Shown here: positions 45,251 to 53,437 of the stretch, in pieces
How positions within the stretch are numbered: position 1 is the stretch's first letter
Layout: the number at the start of each line of letters is the position of its first letter
Source of the DNA: Oscillospiraceae bacterium
GTDB lineage: Bacteria; Bacillota; Clostridia; Oscillospirales; Ruminococcaceae
Assembly (NCBI GenBank): GCA_031548875.1
Contig: JAVBQQ010000013.1
Span: 16,227-80,226, forward strand
Length of the DNA stretch: 64,000 nt
Reading direction: 5' to 3'
Notes under the pieces: generated by a model
Seen by the model: the letters and a program-made list of their open reading frames with translations, nothing else
Databases searched by the model: none
Told to the model about the DNA's origin: nothing
Made by a program: the position numbers and the translations under genes

Positions 45251-45632
45251 CACTATAGCACGATGATGCGCATCATAGAATAGTATTCTCAATATTTACT
45301 CTAGTCTTCCCAACAAGCAAATAAGTTCATACTCTCTTACCGCATATATCCATCCATCGGGACAAACAATACTTATAAAGTCCAGTTCTTCTTTTGGCGA
45401 TTTAAAACCTGTAAATGGTATCTGATATGAAGAAAACTACTCTTTGGCATCACGTTGTACATCCAAATCGGGCATATAAACATCTATACATTTTGCTTTT
45501 GGCTTTTTCCCTGTCGAATACAAATACACTTTAATCACCTCCATAGACTGCTCCTTATTAGTCATGGTGTTTCCGGGGTGCATTTCTATGCACTCATTTT
45601 GTATCATATACTGTCGTTATTTCTTTGTCTCT

Positions 45633-45680
45633 CCCCCCACAATAGTGGGGGGAATAACCGGAGCCGCTCCACCAGCTCCA
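45633..45680 (+). repeat. tRNA-Thr-3'-end-like structured motif, copy 3 (diverged)
   Basis: CCCCCCACAATAGTGGGGGGAATAACCGGAGCCGCTCCACCAGCTCCA. It directly abuts the 3' end of the serine recombinase pseudogene. Confidence 0.8.
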
Positions 45681-46174
45681 TTTTACCCACAACCGATTTT
45701 AACGTCGATGTGATGTTAAAATCGGTCACTTCTTTTTTGCGCGGAGCGCTGGCGACATCGATGCGCTCGATAAGCAGATGGATGGCTTTGTCATCGGCTG
45801 CGTTTTTCAGCGCCTCGAGTCAGGTGTAGATTTGGTCGGTCGTGTAATCCTTAGGCGGCTGGGCATCGCGCAGGCCGGCCATCTCGTCCAGCAGGCGCTG
45901 CATCTCTTTCCCCATATTCGCCACCACCTCAGCAGGCAGGTTCGGGTTTGTCATGTTGTGCATCAGGCCATCGTATTCCTTCTGCTTGCGCTCCACTTCT
46001 CTGTTCCGCGCCTTGTAGAACTCTGTCAGGTCATTGTTTGAGGCACCCTGGTACTTCTTCAGCGCATTGTGGATGGCTTTCTGCACATCGGGCGAGAGCA
46101 ACTCTTTAAGGTACCGCAAGGTGCCGCGTCGCCGCTTTGTCCACAGCTTCCATCTTCACCACCGGCGCGCCGCA
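45680..46174 (-). repeat. recombinase-3'-end repeat, copy 2 (homologous to 36261-36745)
   Basis: Same alignment, same orientation. Homology begins at ATTTTACCCAC and ends at GGCGCGCCGCA in both copies. Confidence 0.8.
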
Positions 46175-46481
46175 GTTCGGAAAGCGACCACATCAGCGTC
46201 CGCATGATTTTGGCTTCTGTCGAATTGCCGAAGTCCTGCGCGACGGCAATCAACTCCACGCCTTTGTCATTCCGCTTCTTGTCCAACGAGACATGCTCGT
46301 CGAGACTGCGGGCTACGCGATCATACTTGTGGATGAGGATGGTGTCAAAATGTCCCATGTCCGTGTCCTTGAGCATGCGTCGGTAGTTCTGGCGGGACAG
46401 TGTCTTAGAGCCCCGGCCACTCACAGCCTCGTCAATGTACTCCTGTCGTAGGTATTCTCCTACGTCAGGGAGATTCTGCAA
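45680..46481 (-). pseudogene. large serine recombinase remnant (5'-truncated, internal deletion, 10-nt insertion)
   Basis: The resolvase-domain fragment EYLRQEYIDEAVSGRGSKTLSRQNYRRMLKDTDMGHFDTILIHKYDRVARSLDEHVSLDKKRNDKGVELIAVAQDFGNSTEAKIMRTLMWSLSE lacks the catalytic-Ser region. It is fused out of frame at about 46174 to the C-terminal part (...YLKELLSPDVQKAIHNALKKYQGASNNDLTEFYKARNREVERKQKEYDGLMHNM...). Confidence 0.8.
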
Positions 46482-46523
46482 TCTCTATTTCAGGGGTTCA
46501 CCCCAGGGATTCTTCACATAAAA

Positions 46524-46558
46524 CCAGCGGCAACCAGCTTTCAACTGGTTGCCGCTGG
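46524..46558 (-). terminator. intrinsic terminator (perfect 14-bp stem)
   Basis: CCAGCGGCAACCAG-CTTTCAA-CTGGTTGCCGCTGG. On the minus strand it is followed by TTTTATGTG. Lies just downstream of the 56-aa ORF. Confidence 0.8.
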
Positions 46559-46564
46559 TTTGTG

Positions 46565-46735
46565 TTACTGGAAGATCGCACCCAGTATAAACTCGTAGAT
46601 GTCGTCGTCTGCAACCTGCACAACCGGCCGCATAAAGTCCGCCCACGATTTGTCTATCCCGGGGTTGCTCTCCAAAAACTCTTCGATCGTCTTTGTATAT
46701 TTGACAGGTTCTTTCTTCTCATCCATGAGTGTCAT
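46565..46735 (-). CDS. small hypothetical protein (56 aa), coupled to the URO-D-like gene
   Basis: Not in the track because it is under 60 aa. MTLMDEKKEPVKYTKTIEEFLESNPGIDKSWADFMRPVVQVADDDIYEFILGAIFQ. The ATG lies 9 nt after the upstream stop, preceded by AAAGGGGGA, and a terminator follows. Confidence 0.5.
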   Translation of the reverse strand: MTLMDEKKEPVKYTKTIEEFLESNPGIDKSWADFMRPVVQVADDDIYEFILGAIFQ

Positions 46736-46744
46736 TCCCCCTTT

Positions 46745-47902
46745 TCAGTAGTTGGTGTTCACATGCAGCCATTCCAGCACGGCCTGCAGCTTATTGGCGT
46801 CCACCGAGGTAAAATCCATGATGTTCTTGTTCAGGTGGAAATAGAACCGGCCACCTGGCGCGCAGGTATCCACCAGGCGCTTCACCTCATCAATGCACTC
46901 TTCCTTGCTCTTCGTCATCGTGATGGAGGGGTCGAAGAAGCCGCAGATGACGTGATCTTTGCCCACCACCCTCTTGATGAGCTCATAGTCGCCATATTCA
47001 AACCGCATATTGGTGGTGGACGGAAGCTTCGCCAGATACTCCGCATAGCGGGTCCAGTCCTGCTCGCAGAAGAGGTGGAAGTACACGTCCTTTTCGTTGC
47101 AGGTGGAGATGAGCTGCTCCATGGTTGGCCAGAACAGTTCTTCGAAGGTCTTGGTGCTGATGTACGGGGCCAGGTGCAGCGGCATAAAGGTGAACACACC
47201 CGGCTGCACTCTCGTGTGCAGGGCCTTCTTCAGCATCAGCGGCAGGATGGCTTCCACGGCCGCCTTCACCTTGTCCGGCATCCGGCGCACGTCCATGTTG
47301 ATCTGCTTGAAGCCGCGCAGCTGGTCGGAGAGATAGTCGAACGGCGCCTCGCAGGGCGCGTTGGTAATAAAGCCGGGTGCGTAGCCGTATTTGTCGATCA
47401 GACGCCCGTACACCCCAAACTGGTTCGCGTTGTACCAGTTGAAGCTATCGATGGCCTGGGCCAGCGTGATGCTCTGGCTGGTGGCGTTCCCGGTCATGTT
47501 GGCGCACACCCTGGGCAGGAAGCGCTCCACGATGGTGTTGTAGGGGTCGGCGATGAAATCGTCGTAATCCTCGGCGTACATCGTCTCAATCTCGGGATGC
47601 TGGATGGCGCCGTTCGAGGCCAGTATCCAGTTTTTCGCGCCCAAGATCTGGTAGGTGCCCGCAAAGCGCACGTTTTCAATGGGCAGTGCATCAAAGTAAA
47701 AATCCTTGCATACAGCGTCGTATGCCTGTTCCATCAGGGCCATGTCGTAGTGGGCGCGGCGCAGGTCCAGCCCCGCATACTGGCAACAAGCCTCCAGCGT
47801 GATGGCGCCCCACACGAACACCCGCTTGGGGATCTTTCCCGCAATCGTGTCTTCCCGAATCTTCAGCCGCTCCTGCTGCAACTCCTGTACCTGTGTTGTC
47901 AT
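46745..47902 (-). CDS. uroporphyrinogen decarboxylase (URO-D)-family protein (decarboxylase / MtaA-CmuA-like methyltransferase fold)
   Basis: MTTQVQELQQERLKIREDTIAGKIPKRVFVWGAITLEACCQYAGLDLRRAHYD...FTFMPLHLAPYISTKTFEELFWPTMEQLI...VICGFFDPSITMTKSKEECIDEVKRLVDTCAPGGRFYFHLNKNI. The internal ATG at 47902 is preferred over the track start. The 505-aa + strand ORF here is antisense. Confidence 0.7.
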   Translation of the reverse strand: MTTQVQELQQERLKIREDTIAGKIPKRVFVWGAITLEACCQYAGLDLRRAHYDMALMEQAYDAVCKDFYFDALPIENVRFAGTYQILGAKNWILASNGAIQHPEIETMYAEDYDDFIADPYNTIVERFLPRVCANMTGNATSQSITLAQAIDSFNWYNANQFGVYGRLIDKYGYAPGFITNAPCEAPFDYLSDQLRGFKQINMDVRRMPDKVKAAVEAILPLMLKKALHTRVQPGVFTFMPLHLAPYISTKTFEELFWPTMEQLISTCNEKDVYFHLFCEQDWTRYAEYLAKLPSTTNMRFEYGDYELIKRVVGKDHVICGFFDPSITMTKSKEECIDEVKRLVDTCAPGGRFYFHLNKNIMDFTSVDANKLQAVLEWLHVNTNY

Positions 47903-48449
47903 CCAATCACCTGCTTTACCATTTTTCTTTGTGCCAGACAAAAGGTCCACCAAAAGATGTGCCAAAACCAAAACTGTACGCCACTCATAGCCAAAACGGA
48001 TAGGGTTATGCAAAAACTGCATAGATGGCTTTCAAGCAGCCGGCAAAACCATTATTGTTGTTGTTTCGATATTTATTGACACGTTTTTGCCTGTTATAGG
48101 GTCTATGATAGCACACTATCACAATGAGCGACAGATGGTAGAACTGACAATCTTTGACAAATTAAATTGACTAAATCGCCTAATTTTGAATATTTTGAGA
48201 AAATGATATTGTGTAAATTGACTGCTTGAGGTAGAATGAAACGAAATCGGAATATCTTCCGGATGAGTGGCGCTTCTGCCCGATAGTTTTTCGATGTTAT
48301 GATATAAATCATCCATATGTTTGCCGCTGGAAAGCACTCTGTGCAGACGAAAACAAAAGATACAGCGCAGTAATTGATTTCAGTCACCCGATGAGCATCC
48401 ACAGAACTTATGCTATCGAATGCGTTTTGTCCGCAAGGGAGGAACAGAT

Positions 48450-49202
48450 TTGGGCGTGGTATTTTCGGCCGAGGACATCGCCATCTCTTTTGGCAGCAAT
48501 CAGGTTTTGAGATCGGTCAACTTTGAGCTGGGCGAGAGCGAGGTCCTCGGCGTCATCGGCCCAAACGGGGCCGGAAAAACCGTCATGCTCAACGTGATCA
48601 CCGGTATGCTAAAGCCGGACCACGGGCGGCTTCTCTTCGACGGGCGGGATATCTCGAAGGAGGGCGTTGTGGAACGCGCCCGCATGGGCTTTGGCCGCAC
48701 TTTCCAGATCCCCCGTTCTTTTGCGAATATGACCGCCTACGAGAACAGCCTTGTGGGGGCCGTTTTTGGGAACGCACAGTCAGAGCAGGCCGCCTGCGGC
48801 CGTGTGTGCGAGATCTTGGAGATGATCGGCCTCTCCCAAAAGCGGCTGGATTTCGCCGGCAAGCTCAGCCTGCTGGACCGCAAGCGCCTGGAGATCGGCA
48901 TGGCGCTTGCATCGGGCCCCAAGGTGCTGCTTTTTGACGAGGTGGCGGGCGGCCTCACCGAGTCCGAGGTGGCGGAGATCCTCAAGATCGTGGCTCAGAT
49001 CAAGGCATCGGGCGTCAGCATCATCTGGATCGAGCATGTGCTGCAAACCATGCTGCATGGCACCGACCGCGTGATGCTGCTGGCAGAGGGGCGGAACGTC
49101 GTTTGCGGCCTGCCGGATGAAGTGATGGCTTCCAAAGAGGTGGAGGAAGCATACTTGGGTGTGGCCGGCAAGGCCCCCACCAGAAGGAAGAAAAAAATAT
49201 GA
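48450..49202 (+). CDS. branched-chain-amino-acid-type (HAAT family) ABC transporter ATP-binding protein, LivG-like
   Basis: Walker A GPNGAGKTVMLNVITG, then ...LSLLDRKRLEIGMALASGPKVLLFDEVAGGL. TTG at 48450 lies 7 nt after AAGGGAGG (the track starts at ATG 48420). Confidence 0.8.
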   Translation: MGVVFSAEDIAISFGSNQVLRSVNFELGESEVLGVIGPNGAGKTVMLNVITGMLKPDHGRLLFDGRDISKEGVVERARMGFGRTFQIPRSFANMTAYENSLVGAVFGNAQSEQAACGRVCEILEMIGLSQKRLDFAGKLSLLDRKRLEIGMALASGPKVLLFDEVAGGLTESEVAEILKIVAQIKASGVSIIWIEHVLQTMLHGTDRVMLLAEGRNVVCGLPDEVMASKEVEEAYLGVAGKAPTRRKKKI

Positions 49203-49927
49203 GCGAAAACACGCTGTTGACAGTTGAGGACCTGAACGTCTTTTATGGCGATTTCCAGGCGCTGCATAACATTTCCATGCAATTCCCCAAAGGGGCCATC
49301 ATCTCCATCATCGGCTCCAACGGGGCGGGCAAGTCCACCCTGCTGAACGCCGTGATGGGCGTGAACAAACCAAAAACCGGCAAGGTTACCTTCGAGGGCG
49401 AGGACATCACCGGCCTGCGCACCAGCAAGATCGTGAGTCGCGGCATCTCCATGTCGCCCGAGGGCAGCAGTGTTTTCGAGGACATGAGCGTGTACGAAAA
49501 CCTGGTGCTGGGGGCCTACCTGCCCGGGCCGCGCAAAAAGCGGGACGCGCTGTTGGGCCATGTGTACGAGCTGTTCCCCGCGCTGAAGGAGAAGGCAAAC
49601 CAGCTGGCCACCTTCCTCTCGGGCGGGCAGCGGCAGATGCTGGCCATCGCGCGGGCGCTGATGAGCGAGCCGAAGCTGCTCATCTGCGACGAGATCTCCC
49701 TCGGCCTTGCGCCTGTTGTGGTGAACGATATCTACAACCGCATCATCGACGTGAATGAGTCGGGCGTGACGGTGGTGCTGGTGGAACAGGAAGTAAAGCG
49801 CAGCCTCGACTATTCGGATTACAGCTATGTGCTGGTAAAGGGGCAGGTGGTCATGGGCGGCCCCTCGGACGAACTGGATGAAAACGAAGTGAAAGACGCA
49901 TACTTCGGCATCAACAAATACGCGTAG
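49199..49927 (+). CDS. HAAT-family ABC transporter ATP-binding protein, LivF-like
   Basis: GSNGAGKSTLLNAVMG...LSGGQRQMLAIARALMSEPKLLICDEISLGLAP. ATGA overlap with the upstream gene. Confidence 0.85.
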   Translation: MSENTLLTVEDLNVFYGDFQALHNISMQFPKGAIISIIGSNGAGKSTLLNAVMGVNKPKTGKVTFEGEDITGLRTSKIVSRGISMSPEGSSVFEDMSVYENLVLGAYLPGPRKKRDALLGHVYELFPALKEKANQLATFLSGGQRQMLAIARALMSEPKLLICDEISLGLAPVVVNDIYNRIIDVNESGVTVVLVEQEVKRSLDYSDYSYVLVKGQVVMGGPSDELDENEVKDAYFGINKYA

Positions 49928-49939
49928 GGAAGAGGCATT

Positions 49940-50812
49940 ATGGAGCTATTCGTTCAGTCTTTGGTATCCGGCATCCTGCTGGGCGGGCTGTATGCCGCCA
50001 TCGGTGTGGGCCTGTCGCTCGTGTTCGGCATCATGGGCCTCACCAACATTGCCCACGGCAGCCTCATGATCCTCTCCTCCTTCTTCATCATGATCTTCGC
50101 GCGGCAGTTCGGGGGCAGCATCCTCCTCGCCTTCCTCATCACCCTCGTCGTCATGGTGCTCATCGGCGCGGGGCTACAGGGCGTCCTCGTCAACCGCGTG
50201 CTCAGCAAGGGGGCGGAGCCTGCGCTGCTCGTCACCTTCGGCGTCGCCATCATCGTGCAGAACATCCTGCAGCTCATCTTCGGGGCCGATTTTGAATCCA
50301 TCCCCAGCCCCCTGGCCAGCGTGAACGTGGTGAACACGAAGTGGGTGGTCATCTCGGGCGAGTACCTGCTCAACTTTGCCATCTCCGCCGCGGTGATTCT
50401 GGTGCTGCATTTCGTCATCCGCAAAACGTTGTTCGGACGGTCCATCCGCGCAGCCGCCAGCAATGTGGTGGCAGCCGAGATGATGGGTATCAACACGAAC
50501 AAAACATACATCTACACCATGTGCCTGGCGCTGGCCACCGGCAGCGTGGGCGGCCTGCTGGTGGGGCAGACCTTCGGCTTCTATTCCTACTCCGGCATGT
50601 CCTACCTCATCATCGCTTTCGGCGTGGTGGTCATCGGCGGCATGGGCAGCATCTTGGGCACCCTGCTGGGCGGCGTCATCCTGGGCGTGGCGCAGCTGAT
50701 GGGCGCATACTTCTTTGGCGGCGGTGTGCAGATCCTTGTGGGGTACCTGACGCTGCTGGTGCTCCTGACCTTGCGACCGCGCGGCATCCTGGCAAATATG
50801 ACACGGAAATAG
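49940..50812 (+). CDS. HAAT-family ABC transporter permease, LivH-like
   Basis: MELFVQSLVSGILLGGLYAAIGVGLSLVFGIMGLTNIAHGSLMIL...RAAASNVVAAEMMGINTNK...VVIGGMGSILGTLLGGVILGV. Confidence 0.85.
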   Translation: MELFVQSLVSGILLGGLYAAIGVGLSLVFGIMGLTNIAHGSLMILSSFFIMIFARQFGGSILLAFLITLVVMVLIGAGLQGVLVNRVLSKGAEPALLVTFGVAIIVQNILQLIFGADFESIPSPLASVNVVNTKWVVISGEYLLNFAISAAVILVLHFVIRKTLFGRSIRAAASNVVAAEMMGINTNKTYIYTMCLALATGSVGGLLVGQTFGFYSYSGMSYLIIAFGVVVIGGMGSILGTLLGGVILGVAQLMGAYFFGGGVQILVGYLTLLVLLTLRPRGILANMTRK

Positions 50813-50822
50813 GAGAGAGAGT

Positions 50823-51842
50823 ATGGCGCCGAAACGCACACTGCACACAGCCCTCGGCTCGAACAACAAGCTCATCAGCGTAAAATCGGGCATCATCCTG
50901 GTCATCATCATCGCGCTGGCGCTGCTGCCGCTCTATGGCACAGATTACGCCATCAGCATCGGCCTGCTCATCTTTGCCTACATCTCGCTTGGCGAGATGT
51001 GGAACCTGCTGGCGGGGTATTCGGGCCTTGTTTCTCTGGGCCAGCAGGCCTTCATCGGCATTGGCGCTTACACGCTGGCGAAGGTGACCACCGGGTACGG
51101 CCTGCCCATCTTCTGGAGCTTTTTTATCGCCGTGGGCATCGCTTTGGTCTTCGCCCTCGTCATCTCCTTCCCCATCTTCAAGCTCAGCGGGGTGTACTTC
51201 ACCATCGGCACCTGGATCGTCTCCGAATCTCTGCTGGTCTTCTTCCGCAACTGGCAGTTCGTCAACTTCGACGCGGGCTACAACGTCACTGCCGCTTATC
51301 GCATCCCAATGAGCACGCTGTACCTGGGTTCCCTTGCCCTGGGCATCGGGTCGGTCGTCATCGTCTTTGTGGTACTGCGCAGTAAGATGGGGCTGGCGCT
51401 GATGGCCATGCGCGACAATGAGAGCGCCGCCGAGGTGCGGGGGGTGCGTCTCTACCGCACAAAGCTCGTCTGCTTCCTCATCGCTTCGGCTTACACCGCC
51501 CTCACCGGCGTCGTACTGTACCTGAACATCGCCTATGTGAAACCCGGCGCCACCTTTGGCATCGACTGGGCGGTCTCCATGGTATTCATTGTGGTCATCG
51601 GCGGCATCGGCACCATCGAGGGGCCCATCATTGGCGCCGTGATCTATGTGATCCTGCGGCAGTTCCTGTACAACTTCCCTGGCATCAGCATGATCATTCT
51701 GGGCGCCGTTGCCGTGGCCGTCATCATGCTGGCGCCCAAGGGTATCATGGGCGCGCTGCACGGCAAATTCGGGTTTGAGCTCTTTTCTGTCAGAAGGACG
51801 ATCGACACGCCTGCAAAAGGGCAGGCGGCCGGCACCGGCTGA
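50823..51842 (+). CDS. HAAT-family ABC transporter permease, LivM-like
   Basis: ISLGEMWNLLAGYSGLVSLGQQAFIGIGAYT...LALMAMRDNESAAEVRGVRLYRTKL...VVIGGIGTIEGPIIGAVIYVIL. Confidence 0.85.
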   Translation: MAPKRTLHTALGSNNKLISVKSGIILVIIIALALLPLYGTDYAISIGLLIFAYISLGEMWNLLAGYSGLVSLGQQAFIGIGAYTLAKVTTGYGLPIFWSFFIAVGIALVFALVISFPIFKLSGVYFTIGTWIVSESLLVFFRNWQFVNFDAGYNVTAAYRIPMSTLYLGSLALGIGSVVIVFVVLRSKMGLALMAMRDNESAAEVRGVRLYRTKLVCFLIASAYTALTGVVLYLNIAYVKPGATFGIDWAVSMVFIVVIGGIGTIEGPIIGAVIYVILRQFLYNFPGISMIILGAVAVAVIMLAPKGIMGALHGKFGFELFSVRRTIDTPAKGQAAGTG

Positions 51843-51903
51843 CAGAAACGGGTAAAATAGATCGCATGCCAAACAAAGTACGCTTAAAAACAGGAGGAAA
51901 ACG

Positions 51904-53244
51904 ATGAAAAAGAAACGCTTGTTGGCACTTGCTTTGTCTGTTGCGTTTGTCTTTGTGCTGGTCGCGTGCAGCGGCTCCGGCGGTGGGAACGGCGGCGGAA
52001 CCAGCGGTGGTGGCACTGGCAGCGGCGCCGCCAGCACCAGCACCGCCACCGGCGGCAGTGGCGGTGGCGGCTCGGGCGCGGACGAGATCCTCATTGGCTT
52101 CGCCGCCCCCCTCACCGGCCCCATGGCCATCTTCATGGCCCCCACGCCCTGGGTGGAAGAGCTTTGCCTGGATGCGATCAACAACCAGAACGGCGGCATC
52201 GAGATCGACGGAAAAAAGATCCCCATCCGCGTGATCTACGCCGACACGGAGAGCGACTCCAACAAGGCCGTGGAAGCCGCCACGAAGCTGGTGACCGAGG
52301 ACAAGGTGGATATTCTTGTGGGCGGCTGGACCCCCATACAGACCAACACTGTCTCGGCCGTGGGCGAGCGCTACCAGATCCCCACCTTCACCTTTGGCGC
52401 ACCGGAGGAATCCTGGCTGGAGGGCGGCCCCTACGAGTGGGCCACCGGCATGCAGTTCAACTATGACCTGATGGCCATTGACGTACTGAACATGTGGAAC
52501 AAGGTGGACACGAACAAGAAGATCGGCTTCGTGTTCGACACCGACGTGGACGGCACCGTGGGCCGCGACGTGTACACCCGCCTTGTGGAAGGCACCGATT
52601 ATGAAGTGTTCGACCCGGGCCCCTACACGATTGGCACCACGGACTTCACCAGCCTCATCAGCAAGCTAAAAGATGCCGACTGCGACATCATCACCGCCGA
52701 CATGATCACCCCCGACTTCACCACCTTCTGGAAACAGTGCCACCAGTACGGCTATGTGCCCAAGGTGTGCACCATCAACAAGGGCATGCACTACGAGGCC
52801 GACGTGGAGAACCTGGGCAGCGGCACCGGCAATGGGCTCACCTTCTCCGCCCTGTGGGACAAAAACTATCCCTTTGCCTCCCCGCTGCTGGGCATGAGCT
52901 GCACCGAAGTGGCCGACAAGTATGAAGAGGAGAACGGCGGGTTCTACCCCTACTCCATCGGCTACGATATCGCTATGTATGACGTGCTTTACGACGCGCT
53001 GAACCGCGCCGGTTCGCTGGACAAAGAAACCCTCATGCAGGCTCTTCTGGACACGAAGGTCGAGACCGTGTTCGGCTCGCTGGAGTTCAACGAGAACCGT
53101 TGCATGCAGGTGCCGGCCATTGGCACCCAGTGGGTGCCCAGCGACAACCCCAACTACGAGTTCGAGAAGGTGGTCGTCGCGTCGGACACCTTCCCCGCCA
53201 TCCCCGCCTTTGACGCTTTTGCCATCCCGGACACGACACAGTAA
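51904..53244 (+). CDS. ABC transporter substrate-binding lipoprotein (LivJ/K-type, type 1 periplasmic binding fold) with long Gly/Ser linker
   Basis: Lipobox LVACSGSGGG plus a Gly/Ser/Thr linker of about 45 aa. Also ILIGFAAPLTGPMAIF...IRVIYADTESDSNKAVEAATKLVTEDKVDILVGGWTP. Confidence 0.8.
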   Translation: MKKKRLLALALSVAFVFVLVACSGSGGGNGGGTSGGGTGSGAASTSTATGGSGGGGSGADEILIGFAAPLTGPMAIFMAPTPWVEELCLDAINNQNGGIEIDGKKIPIRVIYADTESDSNKAVEAATKLVTEDKVDILVGGWTPIQTNTVSAVGERYQIPTFTFGAPEESWLEGGPYEWATGMQFNYDLMAIDVLNMWNKVDTNKKIGFVFDTDVDGTVGRDVYTRLVEGTDYEVFDPGPYTIGTTDFTSLISKLKDADCDIITADMITPDFTTFWKQCHQYGYVPKVCTINKGMHYEADVENLGSGTGNGLTFSALWDKNYPFASPLLGMSCTEVADKYEEENGGFYPYSIGYDIAMYDVLYDALNRAGSLDKETLMQALLDTKVETVFGSLEFNENRCMQVPAIGTQWVPSDNPNYEFEKVVVASDTFPAIPAFDAFAIPDTTQ

Positions 53245-53273
53245 TAAACGCAGCATCTGATTTTTTCCACAAA

Positions 53274-53307
53274 AGAGCCGGCCCTTTTTGAGGGCCGGCT
53301 CTTTTTG
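53274..53307 (+). terminator. intrinsic terminator after the ABC operon
   Basis: AGAGCCGGCCC-TTTTTGA-GGGCCGGCTCT followed by TTTTT. Confidence 0.8.
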
Positions 53308-53437
53308 GTAAATTTTCGTCTTTCCCGTGGGATGTTTCTTTATCAAAACTGCTTGCAGGACGACTATATTTAAGGTACACTAATGGCACTTGAAACTGCG
53401 GTCTACATCGAAAACAGCACTGCGTGGGGGCATGCGC

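Noticed and set aside
21784-45680. The three motif copies as integron attC sites, tRNA pseudogenes or a tmRNA 3' end
   Set aside because: There are no RYYYAAC/GTTRRRY core sites and no intI gene. Only the acceptor 3' strand and 8 nt before the T loop match the tRNA, so no cloverleaf can be drawn. The acceptor sequence differs from the tmRNA-type ...GCTCCACCA end context.
46562-48079. 505-aa + strand ORF
   Set aside because: It is antisense to the URO-D-family gene, and its composition (His/Val/Gly/Arg-rich) is not protein-like.
50676-52226. 516-aa minus-strand ORF, and likewise 58911..60260(+) at 449 aa
   Set aside because: They are antisense to the LivM/binding-protein genes and to the FAD oxidoreductase gene respectively.
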